The notes under the pieces are model-generated. The model searched no databases. It saw only the letters and a list, made by a program, of their open reading frames with translations, and was not told the origin of the DNA. 64,000 nucleotides of DNA from Cetorhinus maximus (lineage: Eukaryota): assembly GCF_964194155.1 (NCBI RefSeq), contig NC_135897.1:39556001-39620000 (forward strand), written 5' to 3'. The translations under genes were made by a program, and so were the position numbers. Shown piece by piece: positions 13,150 through 26,329 of the stretch. Each line of letters opens with the position of its first letter. Position 1 is the first letter of the stretch.

Positions 13150-13600
13150 TGTCAACTGTGGCTCAGTTGATAACACACTCACCTCTAAATCACAAGGTTC
13201 TGCGATCAAATCCCACTCCATTGTTTCAACACAAAAATCAAGGCCGATACTCAACTATAGAGGGTGCAGCACACTATCAGTGTTTTGGATGAGGCATTAA
13301 AACGAGGCCCCATATTCCTGCTTGGATGGATGTAAGAGATCCCATGGCACTATTTGAAGAACAGCACTGGAGTTGACATTGGTGTCTTGCCAATATTTAT
13401 CTCGCAATCAACATCACAAGAAATAGATTATCTGGCCATTATCACTTTGCTGTTTGTTGAGGTCTGACTAGTGCAAATTGGCTGCCGCACTTCCTACATT
13501 ATAACAGTGACTACACTTCAAATAGTACCTCATTGGATGTAAAGCACTTTGAGACATCCAATGATCATCAACAGCACCATATAACCGCAAGTCTTTCTTT
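13150..13600 (+). mobile_element. tRNA-derived Deu-domain-type SINE (SacSINE1-like)
   Basis: A/B-box-like head (gtggctcagttg...atcaaatccc), gattatctggccattatcac...gcaaattggctgcc core, tgtaaagcactttg...gcaagtctttcttt tail. Confidence 0.75.
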
Positions 13601-13689
13601 CATATGTTTGTAAACTTAATATTTATCGATCAAAAATCTCAGTTCGTTGATCCTTAGCTGAGATTTTTGAGGCTTTCGATCCAACCTCA

Positions 13690-14385
13690 TGCATGAATCA
13701 CGAAAGGCTGGTATGTAAGTACAGCAAGTAATTAGGAAAGCAAATAGAATGTTATCATTAATTGCAAGGGGATTTGAATACAAAAGTAGGGAGGTTATGC
13801 TCCAGTTGTACAGAGCACTAGTGAGACCACATTTGGAGTATTGTGTACAGTGCTGGTCTCCTTATTTAAGGAAAGATATAAATGTATTAGAAGCAGATCA
13901 GGGCAGGTTTACCAGACTTATACCTGGAATGGGTGGATTGTCTTATGATGGAAGGTTGGACAGGTTAGGCTTGTATCCACTGGAGTTTAGAAGAGTAAGA
14001 GGCGACTTGATTGAAACCTATAAGATCCTGAGGGGTCTTGACAAGGTGGATGTGGAGATGATGCTTCCTCTTATGGAAGAATCTAGAACTAGGGGTCACT
14101 ATTTAAAAATAAGGGGTCACCCATTTAAAACAGATGAGGTGATTTTTTTTCATTCAGAGGGTTGTGAGTCTTTGGAACTCTCTTCCTGAAAAGGTGGCGG
14201 AAGCAGGGTCTTTGAATATTTTTAAGGTAGAGCTAGATAGATTTTTGGTAAGCAAGGAGGTGTTAGGTTATCGGCAGTAGGTGGGATGCAGATTTCAGGT
14301 TACCATCAGATCAGCCACAGTCTTATTAAGTGGTGGAGCAGGCTCAAGGGGCTGAATGGCCTACTCCTGCTGCTTGTTCCTATGT
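13690..14385 (+). mobile_element. CR1 LINE 3' fragment
   Basis: LYRALVRPHLEYCVQCWSPY...RRVRGDLIETYKIL. Confidence 0.9.
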
Positions 14386-14484
14386 TTCCAGACCAGCAGG
14401 CCAATTTTGGGTTGTTTGGTTGTAGTCTTGATGTTATTAACTGGAAAATTCTTGATGAACTAACACACACAAGGAGACCACTTT

Positions 14485-15048
14485 TTTTTTTGATGTGTTC
14501 ATGAGATTTGGGCGTCACAGGCTAGACCAGGATTTATTGCCCATCTCTAATTGCCCTTGAGAAGGCGGTGCTGAGTTGCGTTCTGGAGCAGCTGCAGTCC
14601 ATGTGGTGTAGGTACACCCATAATGCTGTTAGAGAGGGAGCTCCAGGACTTTGACCCAGCAACAGTGAAGGAACGGCGATATATTTCCAAGTCAGGATGG
14701 TGTGTGATTTGGAGGGGATCCTGCAGATGATGGTGCTCCCATTGTATCTGCTGCTCTTGTCCTTCTAGGTTGTAGAGGTCACGGGTTTGGAAAGTTCTGT
14801 CGTAGGAGCCTTGGTGAGTTGCTGCAGTGCATCTTGTAGATGGTACACATCGCTGCCACTGTGCGTCGGTGGTGGAGGGAATGAATGTTGACGCAGTGGA
14901 TGGGGTACCAATCAAGTGGGCTGCTTTGCCCTGGACGGTGTCAAGTTTCTTGAGTTTTGTTGGAGTTGCACTCATCCAGGCAAGTGGAGAGTATTCTATC
15001 ACACTCTTGACTTCTGCCTTGTAGATGGTGGACAGGCTTTGGGGAGTC
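14485..15048 (-). mobile_element. LINE family B 3' fragment
   Basis: TPQSLSTIYKAEVKSVIEYSPLAWM plus the family-B tail. Confidence 0.85.
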
Positions 15049-15049
15049 A

Positions 15050-15810
15050 TGTACATTGAAATCAACTCCCCATAACATATAATGCTGAAAGGTGATCTAT
15101 GCTGATGACATAGCACTGCTAATGCGGGCATTAAAGCTATTGGATGCAAATAGGACACTTTCCATAGACCTGAACCTACTGGAATTCTGCTTCTGGGCCT
15201 CACTCCTCCACCCTATTCCAGATTTCAACATTTCATGTGAACAATAATTCTGCTGAAAAGTCTTGGTATTTCCTAGAAGACAAACCCACCCTAAATAACT
15301 GCGTGTATCCCTGGACTGGACTCTCACCGATCGGCCTCATTCTCATCAACCTGGCCAAAATGTAAAAACCAGGGTGAGCTTAGTCCAGAAACTCACTGGC
15401 ACATCATGGGGGAGCACAACCAGAACACTTCGCTCCACAGCAGTGGTCCTGGTCTATGCTGCTTAAGTCCACTCCAACTGAGTGCATCCCAGTAGCGTCC
15501 CACATTTCCCTCTCTCCTGCAACACCATTGTACTCCATGGAATGGAAATAGTCATGATCAATGCCAATCTTCCCATTCGCAAAGACCTAAAAATCCACGA
15601 AACAAGCAGCTAAAACCACATCAGCCATTCTGGAAAACCATAGCTGATATTCATGTAGCTGGTATCAACTCGCTATCCAGATAGATGGAATCGGGGGAAC
15701 GCATGCAACAGAAAGAATCGACACCTCATCACCGATCCAACAGCAGAGGTCCCTGGCTTCAGCCTTTCTCAAAGATAATGGACAGGGCTCAACTGCATCC
15801 ACACAAGGCC
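15050..15810 (+). mobile_element. Ingi/Vingi-like LINE relic
   Basis: YADDIA at about 15098; VKTRVSLVQKLTGTSWGSTTRTLRSTAVVLVYAA at about 15360-15460; PGFSLS...WTGLNCIHT near 15750-15805. Confidence 0.6.
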
Positions 15811-15813
15811 ACT

Positions 15814-17540
15814 TCTTTCTTCATTCTTGGGATGCGAGTGTTGCTGGGAAGGCCAGCATTTATTGCCCATCCCTAATTGGCCTTGAGTGGTGAGCCACCT
15901 TCTTGAACTGCCCCAGACCATGTGGCATAGGTACACCCACAGTGCTGTTAGCAAAGGGGTTCCAGGATTTTGACCCAGTGACAGTGAAGAAACGGCAATA
16001 TATTTCCAAGTCAGGATAGTGTGTGACTCGGAGGGGAACTTGCAGTTGGCGGTATTCTCATATGTCTGATGCTCTTATTCTTCTTAGTGGTAGAGGTCAC
16101 AGGTTTGGCTGTCAAAGAAGCCTAGGTGAGTTGATGGAAAGCATTTTGTATATGGTACGCACTGCTGCCATGGTGCACTGGTGGTGGAGAGAGTCAATGT
16201 TTAAGTGATGGATGGGGTGTCAATCAAGCGGGCTTTGTCTTGAATGTTGAACTTCTTGAGTGTTGCTATAATCCAGAAAGCCAGTTATTGAAGGATGATG
16301 CTGGAGCCAGCCTTTACTGAGTCTTATATTTAACATTGCCTGCATATACCTCCTAAGTCAATCTCACCATCATTTCTGTAATTGCCTCTTTATTTGGGAT
16401 CAAATAAAAGCCTAGATAATGTGGTCTGCCTGCATATAATGAAACAAAATTGATATACAATTTATGTTGTTGGAGCTGCACTGACCGTGCAAGTGGAGAA
16501 TATTCCACCATAGTCCTGACTTGTGCCTTGTAGATGGTGGACAGGCTTTGGGGTGTCAGGAGGTGAGATACTCAGTGCAGAATTTCCAGCCTCTGGCCAG
16601 CTCTTGTAGCCACGGTATTTATATAGCTGGTCTTGTAGATGGTACACACTGCTGCTACTGTGCGTTGGTGGTAGAGGGAGTGAATGTTTGTGGATGGGTG
16701 CCAATCAAGGGGGCTGGTTTGTCCTGAATGGTGCCAAGCTTCTTGAGTGTTGTGTGAGCTGCACTCATCCAGGCAAGTGGGGAGTGTGGGTTACTCGTCG
16801 CACGAATTATAGCCTCTGACCTGCTCCTGTAGGGAAGGCGATGGCGTAATGGCATTGTCACTGGATGAGTAATTCAGAGACCCAGGCTAATGCTCTGGGG
16901 AACTGGGTTCGAATCCTGCCACGGCAGATGGTGAAATCTGAATCCAATAAAAATCTAGAATTAAAAGTCTAATGATGACCATGAAATTATTGTAAAAACC
17001 CATCTGGTTCACTAATGTCCTTTAGAGGAAGGAAATCCGCTGTCCTTACCTGATCTGGCCTACATGTGACTCCAGTCCCACAGCAATGTGGTTGACTCTT
17101 AAATGCCCTCTGAACAAGAGCAATTGAGGATGGGCAATAAATGCTAGCCTAGTCAGCGACACCCACATCCAATGAATTCAAAAAAAGCCACAGTATTTAT
17201 ATGGCTGGTCAATGGTAACCCCCAGGACGTTGATCGTGAGGGATTCAGTGATGGTAATGCCATTGAATATCAAGAGGAAATTGCTAGATTCTCTTTTATT
17301 GGAGATGGCACTTGTGTGGTGCGAATGTTACTTGCAGCTTGTCACTTCAATCCCGAATGTTGTCCAGGCCTTGCTACATATGGACAAGGACTGCTTCGGT
17401 ATCTGAGGAGTCACAAATGTTACTGAACATGGTGTAATCATCAGCGAGCACCTCCACTTCTGACCTTATGATGGAAGAAAAGTAATCGATGAAGCAGCTG
17501 AAGATGATTGGGCCTAGGACACTATTCTGGGGATTCCAAC
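15814..17540 (-). mobile_element. Cluster of LINE family B fragments (15814-16270, 16463-16832, 17187-17540)
   Basis: Repeated ttgtagatggtggacagg, ccaatcaag and gttggagctgcact blocks matching the reverse complement of 63366-64000. Confidence 0.75.
16833..17186 (+). mobile_element. tRNA-derived SINE sharing the family-B LINE tail, inserted into a family-B LINE
   Basis: Box A tggcgtaatgg, box B ggttcgaatcc, core ctggttcactaatgtcctttag. Splits the LINE sequence ctgctcctgtag|...ccacagtattt. Confidence 0.85.
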
Positions 17541-19805
17541 TGTCATTGTTGTGTCTGTTATTTTGATATCCTGTTATTCCCAGGAAAATACAAAATTTAG
17601 TGATATCTAAAAAATTATGTGGAACTTTTTAAAAAGTTGCATAAAATAATCAAACTGAAGATAGCATGGAGGATAAGAAGTTCAAAGAATCATGTTCATA
17701 AATTTCTTGAGCAATGTATTGATTACTGCAATATTGCTCCCATATAGAATTGCAGTCATATCAGTGACTTGAGCATTGTTGGGCGACAATCCAATAATTT
17801 TTTAAAAACAAGGTAACTTCATGTACTTAAATAAATTTAATTTCATTAATCACTTTATCTCCTTGAACCCGGAATTTAAAGCCTTAGTTTAAAAAAAAAT
17901 CTGTGTTTGTTGCATAATGCACGTGAACATTAATTACTGTTTTGAGCTAAATAGCTTGCATTGGCATGGGCTGTATCCAGTGAAGCAGTTAATCATTTTG
18001 GTCTTGCTCTGATCAGCTAAACAGGGCACGCATTGGCATTAATTTATTTTGTAATTCTATAATATAGGTTGTCACTTACTCATTATATTACCATTCAGGA
18101 GCCTCCGTGATTGTACTTAGTAATTCACAGTTCATGGTTAAAAAACATCGCCTTTCACAACCAACCTTTCAGTTTATTACCAGTCAATCGAGTCAATGCA
18201 AATTTGTCAACTGTTCTTCTCTGATTATTTTCTTCCAATTGTTGCTAGAGTCACATTGACACATCATTTAAAAAAAAAATCACTCAAACCTGAGCTGCAA
18301 AATCCAAATAAAATCCAGTCAATAAGCTATAGGAAGTTTGTTACATTGAAATGTTGGAACATTTGCTTGGCTACCTTTAGGAGGTTGGGAAGTTTCTCTT
18401 TCTGGCTATTTTACATGTTTAGTCATCTCCCTCCAGAGATTAAGCAAATTAGGAAGAGTCCATAATGGTGTATTTTGTATATAGCCAATTGGAAAGAACA
18501 TACTGAACGGCTTAAATTACCTTTCCTCGTTCTATTTGTTCTTTGATTTGTATTTCTATCAAAACTGAACCCCAATTATTTCATCTATGCATTGATGCCA
18601 ACTGTCCAACTTTGAATTTGACATTAACTTTTCTAGTCCTCCCATTTTCAGAAAAGCCCTAAAAACAATGAATTCAGGGACCACTTAAATCCTTAGTGGC
18701 TCACTCATTCCTTTGTTGTTGGTTTGTTTCTCTTTCAGGCTGGGCTGCTATTCATCTTGGCTTGAGCATGTGGGTGGGATCACAGCATGGGCTTCCATTT
18801 CCCTCTCACAAGTCTGGGAGCAAACCACTTGTGTGGACATGAGAGCAGCAGAAGGCAGCACACAACAACCGTCTGCTTACAACTTGCTCACATTATGTCA
18901 GGTTGAACCATGTCCCCTTCATAACCCTATGCTAGAAAGATGTGTAATGTGGCTCTGATGCTTTGAAACTGAGAAAAGCCGATCCCGCAAGGCAATGTTA
19001 CTGTAAGAAGATATTGTAGAAAATGTTAAGTTTAATTCACATGGAGGAGACAGGATCTTTCTATACTCTAGGCACTTGGATAGATTTTTAAAATTTCTGT
19101 CAGTATTGTACCAAAAAGAAAAAAATATCTCCAATTTAAACATAATCACTGGTCATGATATTAAGTGTCTGGGGAGAGTTATTTAAAGTTTTCAAATAGA
19201 ACAACTACTTCTTAATGTGAAATAATCTGAATAGCTCAAAATCTCTCTACAGAAGTGTGAAGTTATCAACTCTTGTATCTTGGCTGCTCAGTTTAGTTTG
19301 ACAATCGCCTCGAGCAGTAGTTTAATCAAATGTTCCCAAGTAATGAAAGGAAGCCTGAATGATAATTGAAGGCTATAATTTGAGTTTACAACTGTTCGAT
19401 TAAGAAAGACTGTATGTGTTCAATCAACAGAGCTACATACTTGCTGTGTGTTTCAGACTCCCTTTGCACTATTCATCTAGGGATTAGAAAACATCATACA
19501 TGTCCGAAAAAGCATTTAAAGCGTGTGACAATCCTGTTAGGAACCATTAGCATTTAAACAAGAAACCCGAACACCCAGTAATTAACTGATAGATCTACAC
19601 CGCAAGATTTCACATTGTAAGCTAAAACAAATTTTATTGTATACAAAAATAAATTAAACAAAGCAAGCACCAATAAGGTCTTATGGCATAAACTCAGCTC
19701 TACTTTTTATTTCCACACCACCCCCCCAAACCAGCCAAGAGTTCCTTTATCTTGTGAAACCTTTAAGGCTCATTCGCTTTTCCTGGAACCAACTCAAAAG
19801 GTATA

Positions 19806-20029
19806 ACACTAAGGCAAAGTACTGCGGATGCTGGAAATCTGAAACAAAAACAAAAAGTGTGGAAAAACTCAGCAGGTCTGACAGCACCTGTGGAGAGAAA
19901 GACAGAGTTAATGTTTCAAGTCCGTATGTTCTGAAGAAGAGTCATATGGACTTGAAACGTTAACTCTGCCTTTCTCTCCACAGATGCTGTCAGGCCTGCT
20001 GAGTTTTTCCAGCATTTTTTGTTTTTGTT
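19806..20029. mobile_element. Inverted pair of Penelope 3' termini
   Basis: Arms of about 90 bp are reverse complements; 12-bp TSD TCAAAAGGTATA (19794-19805, 20030-20041). Confidence 0.85.
19928..19964 (+). ncRNA. Minimal type I hammerhead ribozyme motif with canonical core
   Basis: GTT-CTGAAGA-A-GAGTC-ATATG-GACTT-GAAA-CGTT-AAC. Confidence 0.75.
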
Positions 20030-21469
20030 TCAAAAGGTATATCACCACTTCTTGAATTTATTCTGATTTTGATGTTCCAGCTCCCAGGTACAAGATTTCA
20101 TGGGGGTCCTTCCATTAGCTTTTGGCTAATCAACCCTCCACCTCTTTTCTTTACTACACTCATGAATCTGGATTTCACAGCTTAAGCACGGGCCTCCCTG
20201 CAACTCCTATGCAGTAGCTTAAAACATCTGAAAACACCCTTTGTTTCCAATAGCCCACTGCTATGGTTTCAAACTGCAACCAAACTGATTACTTCCAGAG
20301 CTCCAACTGCAACAAGATTAACTGCCTTTTATTAAAAGGATTACCGTAGATTTCTTTCTTTTAATTTCCAGTTAAACAAATCTTCCAGTCATTTTTACAA
20401 CTTTGCCTTATGATGAATTCCAGCTGCCAATTGCAGGTTGCATCATGGACGTAACATTTACTCTACTTCAGGTGTATGCCTGGTTTTATCTCCAAGGAGC
20501 TACAAGCTATAAGAGGCAAAGCTGATGCAGTCTCTTAGCTGCTTTCCTGAACATCAGCCAGCCTTGCCTGCTGGCTATGCCCTAGCTGAATTCACAGAGA
20601 TAACTCAAAGCGGAGAATCTCACTAAGCTCTATCCATCCTGTCCTGTCCCCAGGTAAAAATGCAAATTAATTACCTTTTAATTCCAATGCTTTCCTTAAT
20701 TCTGGGAAACAATGTGAATAACGTATCCTTTACTGGAATAACTGCAAACGTCATGCCTCCAGTTCTTTAGCTAAGTAAGCCCACCTGCCATTTTACAATC
20801 TCACATTTTTAGCCATTAACCTCTTAACCCCAACCTTTTAAGTAACAAGCTTGCTTGAAGTGCATTAACTTCAGGGTTGCTTTTACCAGTTTCTCGACCA
20901 GACACCCCCATTTTCTACAGTTAAATCTTTAATTCCTAAAACTAGAAGTTATATTCTAAAACATATGAATTAGGAACTAGATATTTACAACAAGGGCAAG
21001 TTTAGGGATGATCACACCCAGCTTCAAAAACAACTGACTATTTACCTGTCATTTAAACAGCACAACCAGGGCTTAAGATTTCAGATGTCCATTCCAAAAG
21101 TGGATTGCTGATAACTAAGCATTTTAGTTGTCATTCAATAGAAATCTTGGCCCCAGTGTCCATTTTGTTTTCACTCCATTTATACCTGAAAATAATGGTG
21201 GCAGCAGGACCAAACTTAGAGGGGAAAAAACTCCCATCAAAAACGACGGAAAGATCAAGTGCCAGAGGATACCGAATAAGATGAATGGCAATGTAGGGAA
21301 AAAAACTTTTACACACAGCGAGTGGTTATAATCTGGAATGCACTGACTGACTGAATGAGTGGGAGAGGCAGATTCAAACATGGCTTTCAGAGATGTTAGG
21401 CTATTTGCTTGGCTGTAAAAACCATTGTTGGATGAGGTGTAACTGTATTTAAAATAGTGTACTAAGTTC

Positions 21470-21890
21470 ATGATTACTACTGAAAACCTCTCTGGCCCTG
21501 AAAAACATATTATATATTTGTGCAATGTCAAATTTCTCCATTATGATAATAAATTCCACATTTATTTTAAAGTTTGCTTAGGATGTTTCAGCTACCACCT
21601 TAAGCCCATGTGTAGAACCCAATCATTTATTTTGGTCTCTCTAAGATTTAAAATGCAGCATAACCAGTGCATTTTATTTCCTGGTTATTGCCTGTGAGAA
21701 TGCTTCAATGTAACTGGCTGCCAGCCCTGCTTGATGACATCACTGTTGCTGGATGCCTGGAAAGTACCTCCATTGGCACCAGATTCAAAATAACATTGCA
21801 AAAGGGGAAATCCACATCACAGAGATCGCTGAATGGTTGTGGGCAGCTTACTTTGAGGTAAATGGAAAACTGACCACAAAATCTGGGCCC
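21470..21890 (+). repeat. Dispersed repeat (probable MITE end), second copy at about 59550-59979
   Basis: Shared ctctggccctgaaaa...ccattatgata...tttatttcctggtt...gggcagctt blocks; both end in AAAATC..GGCC. Confidence 0.65.
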
Positions 21891-22429
21891 TTGTACTTCT
21901 GGCCACTAGTTTTGGATTATTCCAGAATTGTACACATTCTTTATACATCTATCCTGCCCAACCCATTGATAACTTTAAAGACGTCTATCAGGTGAAATCT
22001 GAGCCTTCTCTTTTCTAAAGAAAGCCCCAACCTATTCAATCTTTCCTGGTACCTGTAATCTCTCAGTTCTGGTATCATCTTTGTAAATGTTTTTTTTTTG
22101 CACTTTTCCCAGTGCTTCAATGTTCCTTTTCATAGTCTAAAGACCAGAACTGTGCATAGTACTTTAAGGGTTGAATTTTATATCTCCTGGTAGCACATTT
22201 GCAGGCACTGGGCTGTGGGGGAAGGTGTGCAGTAAAATGTCATGGGTGTTGTACTCGCTGTCTACCCACCTGCTCCTGTCCCATGTTGCAATTTTACCAG
22301 GGGGTGGTTGTGTGGCACACCGGTCCATCGGACCCCCTGAAGAAGCACAGAGCTGCTGAAAAGGTCAAGGAAAAGAAAAGAAAAGGAGTTAAGGAAAAGC
22401 AAACAAACTGAAGGCTGCAAGTGAAATAC

Positions 22430-24432
22430 TGAGTGATCAACATGGCTGCAGTAAATTTTCTACTCCCTTCTGTGGTAGAAATGAAAGGAGATACGTGGAA
22501 AAATTGGGAGTTTTTCCACTTGCAATGGCAAAACTACAAGATTACAACAGACTTAATTAACAAGCCTCCTAATCAATGAGCCTCCACTCCTAACACAGCT
22601 GGGGAGGGGCTGCTACAAATTGTATACCACCCTAAATCTAACCGACAAAAATGAAAAAGACGGCAAAGATTTTGGAAGCCTTGAATGAACACTTTGTACC
22701 CTGAGTGAATGTTGCATAAAAATGCTATGTCTTCAACACTAGAGCTCTGGGTGAAAATGAGACCATTGAATAGTGTGATGGCAGTAACACAGTTTGCAGA
22801 ATCATGTGAATTCGGACAGCTTAAAGATGATCTGATTAAAGATAGATTAGTCTTAGGCATGAGAGAGTAAGTCTACTGAAAGATGAGAAACTGATGTTCA
22901 AGAAAGCGATAGAGGTGTGTTGAAATGTGGAAGTTGGGAAATATCAGCTAGAGCATATACATGGCAGAGCAGACCAGGAGATACATGATGCTGAGAGACA
23001 GTCCTGGCCAAAAGAGCAGAGCAATCGCAGACAAAGAGCAGGATGCAAAAACTGCAGAGGACATCATACAACGGAAAAGAAGGTTTGCCCAGCATGGGGA
23101 AGGCAATGTTTTAACTGTAAGAAGCAGAATCATTTCGAACAGAAGTGTTTGGCGAGAAAAAACAAAACAAGCCTAGTCAGATGGCCACTGGAGAGGAATC
23201 AACAGAAGAGTCTGATGAAGAACTATACACCATCCAACAGGTAGGTTCTGTCAAATCTATAGGTGAAGAATAGTTTGTGACTGTTACAATGACTGCAGAG
23301 GGAGAGTAGCAAGTGAACTAGAAATGTCAAATAGACACTGATGCGTCATGCAAAATAATGACCTTCACAGACCTGTGCGAAATGGCACAACATGGTGATC
23401 TGAAAATGAAGCCCTCAAAAGTGAGATTGAGGTTATATGATGGCATGATACTCATACCGAGAGGAAAAATTAGTCTGAGAGCCCAATGCAATGGGAAGAA
23501 GGAAGATCTAGAGTTCCAGATTGGCCACTCTTATCAACTTTTATCAATGAAGCAAGTCTAAAGCTTGGGCTGGTAACCCTGGATGTGCCAACAGAGAAAG
23601 GACAGCAAAACACCCCAGAGGGAGGGCAACAAGAGACCCCAGAGTGAGAGAGACAGAATTCCCCAGAGAGGGCGAGACAATATTCCCATAAACCACAAGA
23701 TACTTCAGTGCAATGAAATGCACAAGCTGAAGAGAAATGAAGCAGATCTACAGGAAAATGTTCACATCAAAGCTGAACTGGAAGATCTGAAGTGCAACAA
23801 TCGAGCTGAGTATACACCTTCGAACACACACACTAAATTGAAGTCTTCAATGAACCAAGCTATGAGAGATCTGAAGAAACAAATTTCAGAGACGACACAT
23901 AGGCAACAGGAGGAAATAATGATCCTCAATTCCACAGTTGGCAAAACAAAGCGGGAGTTGCAAAACCTCAACTAGATCTACAGCTAGGCAAAATGGTAGG
24001 CAGAAAAGGCATACACAAAAGTAGCAACCCTGAAAGATTCCATAAAGAATCAATATCTAGCCATGAAAAAACATGAGGAGATATCGACATGATCCGGAAT
24101 TCATCAACCAGCAGTGACTGACTGGTAGAACAAATAGTTCATGCATGAGAACAGCAGGTGTTTAATGGGTAGCTTGGATAACTCACAGTCACATATGATT
24201 GTGCGTGCAAACGTGTCTTCTCTGCGCTAAGGAAAGGGGGTTGTTTGTATCTTTTGTTCGTTATGAAAAGAGGAATGTTTTGATTTTCAAATGCAATCAG
24301 TTTACATGTTGCATATGATTTTCGATAGTCAGGTGATCTCTGCAATGAAGCAGTCTCTCTGGAAGCAGATATCTTAAAGCAGTTCAATAAAGACCTCTTA
24401 TTGAGAAGCACTACTGTCCTGAAATTGAAACA
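22430..24432 (+). mobile_element. Ty3/Gypsy LTR retrotransposon relic (gag, protease, candidate PPT and 3' LTR)
   Basis: FAESCEFGQLKDDLIKDRLVLG; double Zn knuckle CKNCRGHH...CPAWGRQCFNCKKQNHFEQKC; protease-like IDTDASC; purine tract AAGGAAAGGGGG at about 24229 followed by TGT...AATAAA (24386). Confidence 0.75.
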
Positions 24433-24771
24433 GCAATGGTGGGGGTGGGCATCTTTAATGAGCCCCTTCAGCCCTTCGGAATGCCCCCACAGCTTTTCCC
24501 CACATCACCCCCACCCTAATTTCCCCCCCCCCCCCCTTCTAGTCTGTCTACTATCAGCCCCCTTCACCCCTTTCCCAATATCCCTTTGCTGGGGCTAGTG
24601 CAGCTACCAGGACTGGACAGCTGCTGGCTATTTGATTAGCTCACAGCTCTCAGAGGCAGGACCTCCTGCCCCTCTGAGTGTTAAATGCCTGCTGGGCAAG
24701 CCACCCGAGCAGAGGCAGCCTTTTTCTCCCAAGGGCCAGGACCTTTTACAGTGCCCTGTAAAATCCAGCCC

Positions 24772-25660
24772 TAAGTGTGGTCTGACCAGGGTCATATAGA
24801 AGTTCAACACGACTTCACTACTTTTGATTTCCTTACATCTAGAAATAAATCCCAGTGCTTTGTTAACACTTTTAATTACTTTGCTGACTAATAATGCTGC
24901 TTTCAATGATTTCTTTACATGCATCCTTAAATCCTTTGCCCTTCAACCCATTCAGTTTCTTATTTCCAAAGGTGTAGGATGACATTTCTGTTTTTTTCTA
25001 CCAATGTACATAACCTCAACCCTTATCTATGTTAAGATTCATTTTGCCACTTAACTGCAGTTTGCAAGTTTTCTAATGTCTGCTGTGTTATGTTGCATTG
25101 TTCCTCATTGTTAGTTATACTGCCCATTGGTATCATCTGCAAATTTTGATATTGAGTTATTTGTTCTTAATCCAAATCATTGTAAATTATTAATAACAGT
25201 GGTTCCAGCCACTGATCCTTGTGGAACATCCCTTTCTACCTACTTCCTGTCTCAAGTAAACACCCTTTGACTCTACTCTCTATTTTCTACTTTTTTTTAG
25301 CCAATTTGTTATCCACATTTGTTCCCTGACACCACATGCTTTAACCTTCATCATGAGCCTACAGTGTGGCGCCTTATCGAAAGCATTTCGAGTATATGAC
25401 ATCTGCTACACATCACTCTTTCTGCCACCACATCAAAGAATTCTACCAGGTTAGCAAGGCATCAGTTAGTCTTTTGGAATCCATACTGACTATTTTTTAT
25501 TACATTTTCTGTCTCAAGGTGCTCTTCTTTAAGTCTAGATATCAGTACCTTTCTGATGACTGATGTTAAGTTGACTGATTTACAGTTCTCAGGTTTTGTC
25601 CTACCTCCCTTTTGTGTATAGGAACGACATTAGCTGTCTGCCAGTCGAGTGTACTGTTTC
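24772..25660 (-). mobile_element. CR1 LINE RT fragment, degraded
   Basis: Minus strand NKALGFISR...VLNFYMTLVRPHL; PQGS motif remnant (gatccttgtggaac). Confidence 0.75.
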
Positions 25661-26329
25661 CTCTTCTACAAAAGCTTTTTTTATTTTTTTCTACGTATAT
25701 ATAGAATACCATCCAGACCTGGAGTCTTATTTTCTTTTAGGCTAGTTTCCCTTTCCATTCCAACTGTATTAACATTCTGTTTAACCTTCCTCAAATGAAG
25801 TGCCTATTTTGTTAAACTCTTCAATTAAAAACTGAGGTGAAGTAGTTCTTCAACACTTCTGCCATTTCTCTGACCTTGTGAGTTAGCCTTGTATATACTT
25901 TGGTGGTTGTAGCCCTACTTTAACTTTTCTTTTGTTATTTATGTGTCTATATGGCACTTTAAGGTTTCTTTTCATGTTCCTTGAACATTTCATTTCTTAG
26001 TTTCTCTTTGTCTTCCTGATGTTTTTTTTAATAAATTTTTCTCCTAATTTCTTTGTATTTCCCTTTTGTATTGCTCCTCTATAATATCTAACTACTCCTC
26101 TTATCTCTTTAGCTCTTTACTTACCCACAGTCCCCCATTACTAATTTTCTTGTTTTTGACTTAGTGGTTTTTTATTGTTAGATTTCTGTAATGTGTAGCA
26201 GTTAACTCTCCACCATGTTATTAGTTTCAAGTCTTATTTACAGCTCTGGTATCCTTCCGGCTAGGATCTTGGTCCCAGACTGGCTCAGGCGCAGCCCTTC
26301 TCAACCTGTTTCTTCCTCTTCCACATCTG

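Noticed and set aside
16833-16925. tRNA gene (also 13150, 35586, 41679)
   Set aside because: A/B boxes continue into SINE core and LINE-derived tail; these are SINE heads.
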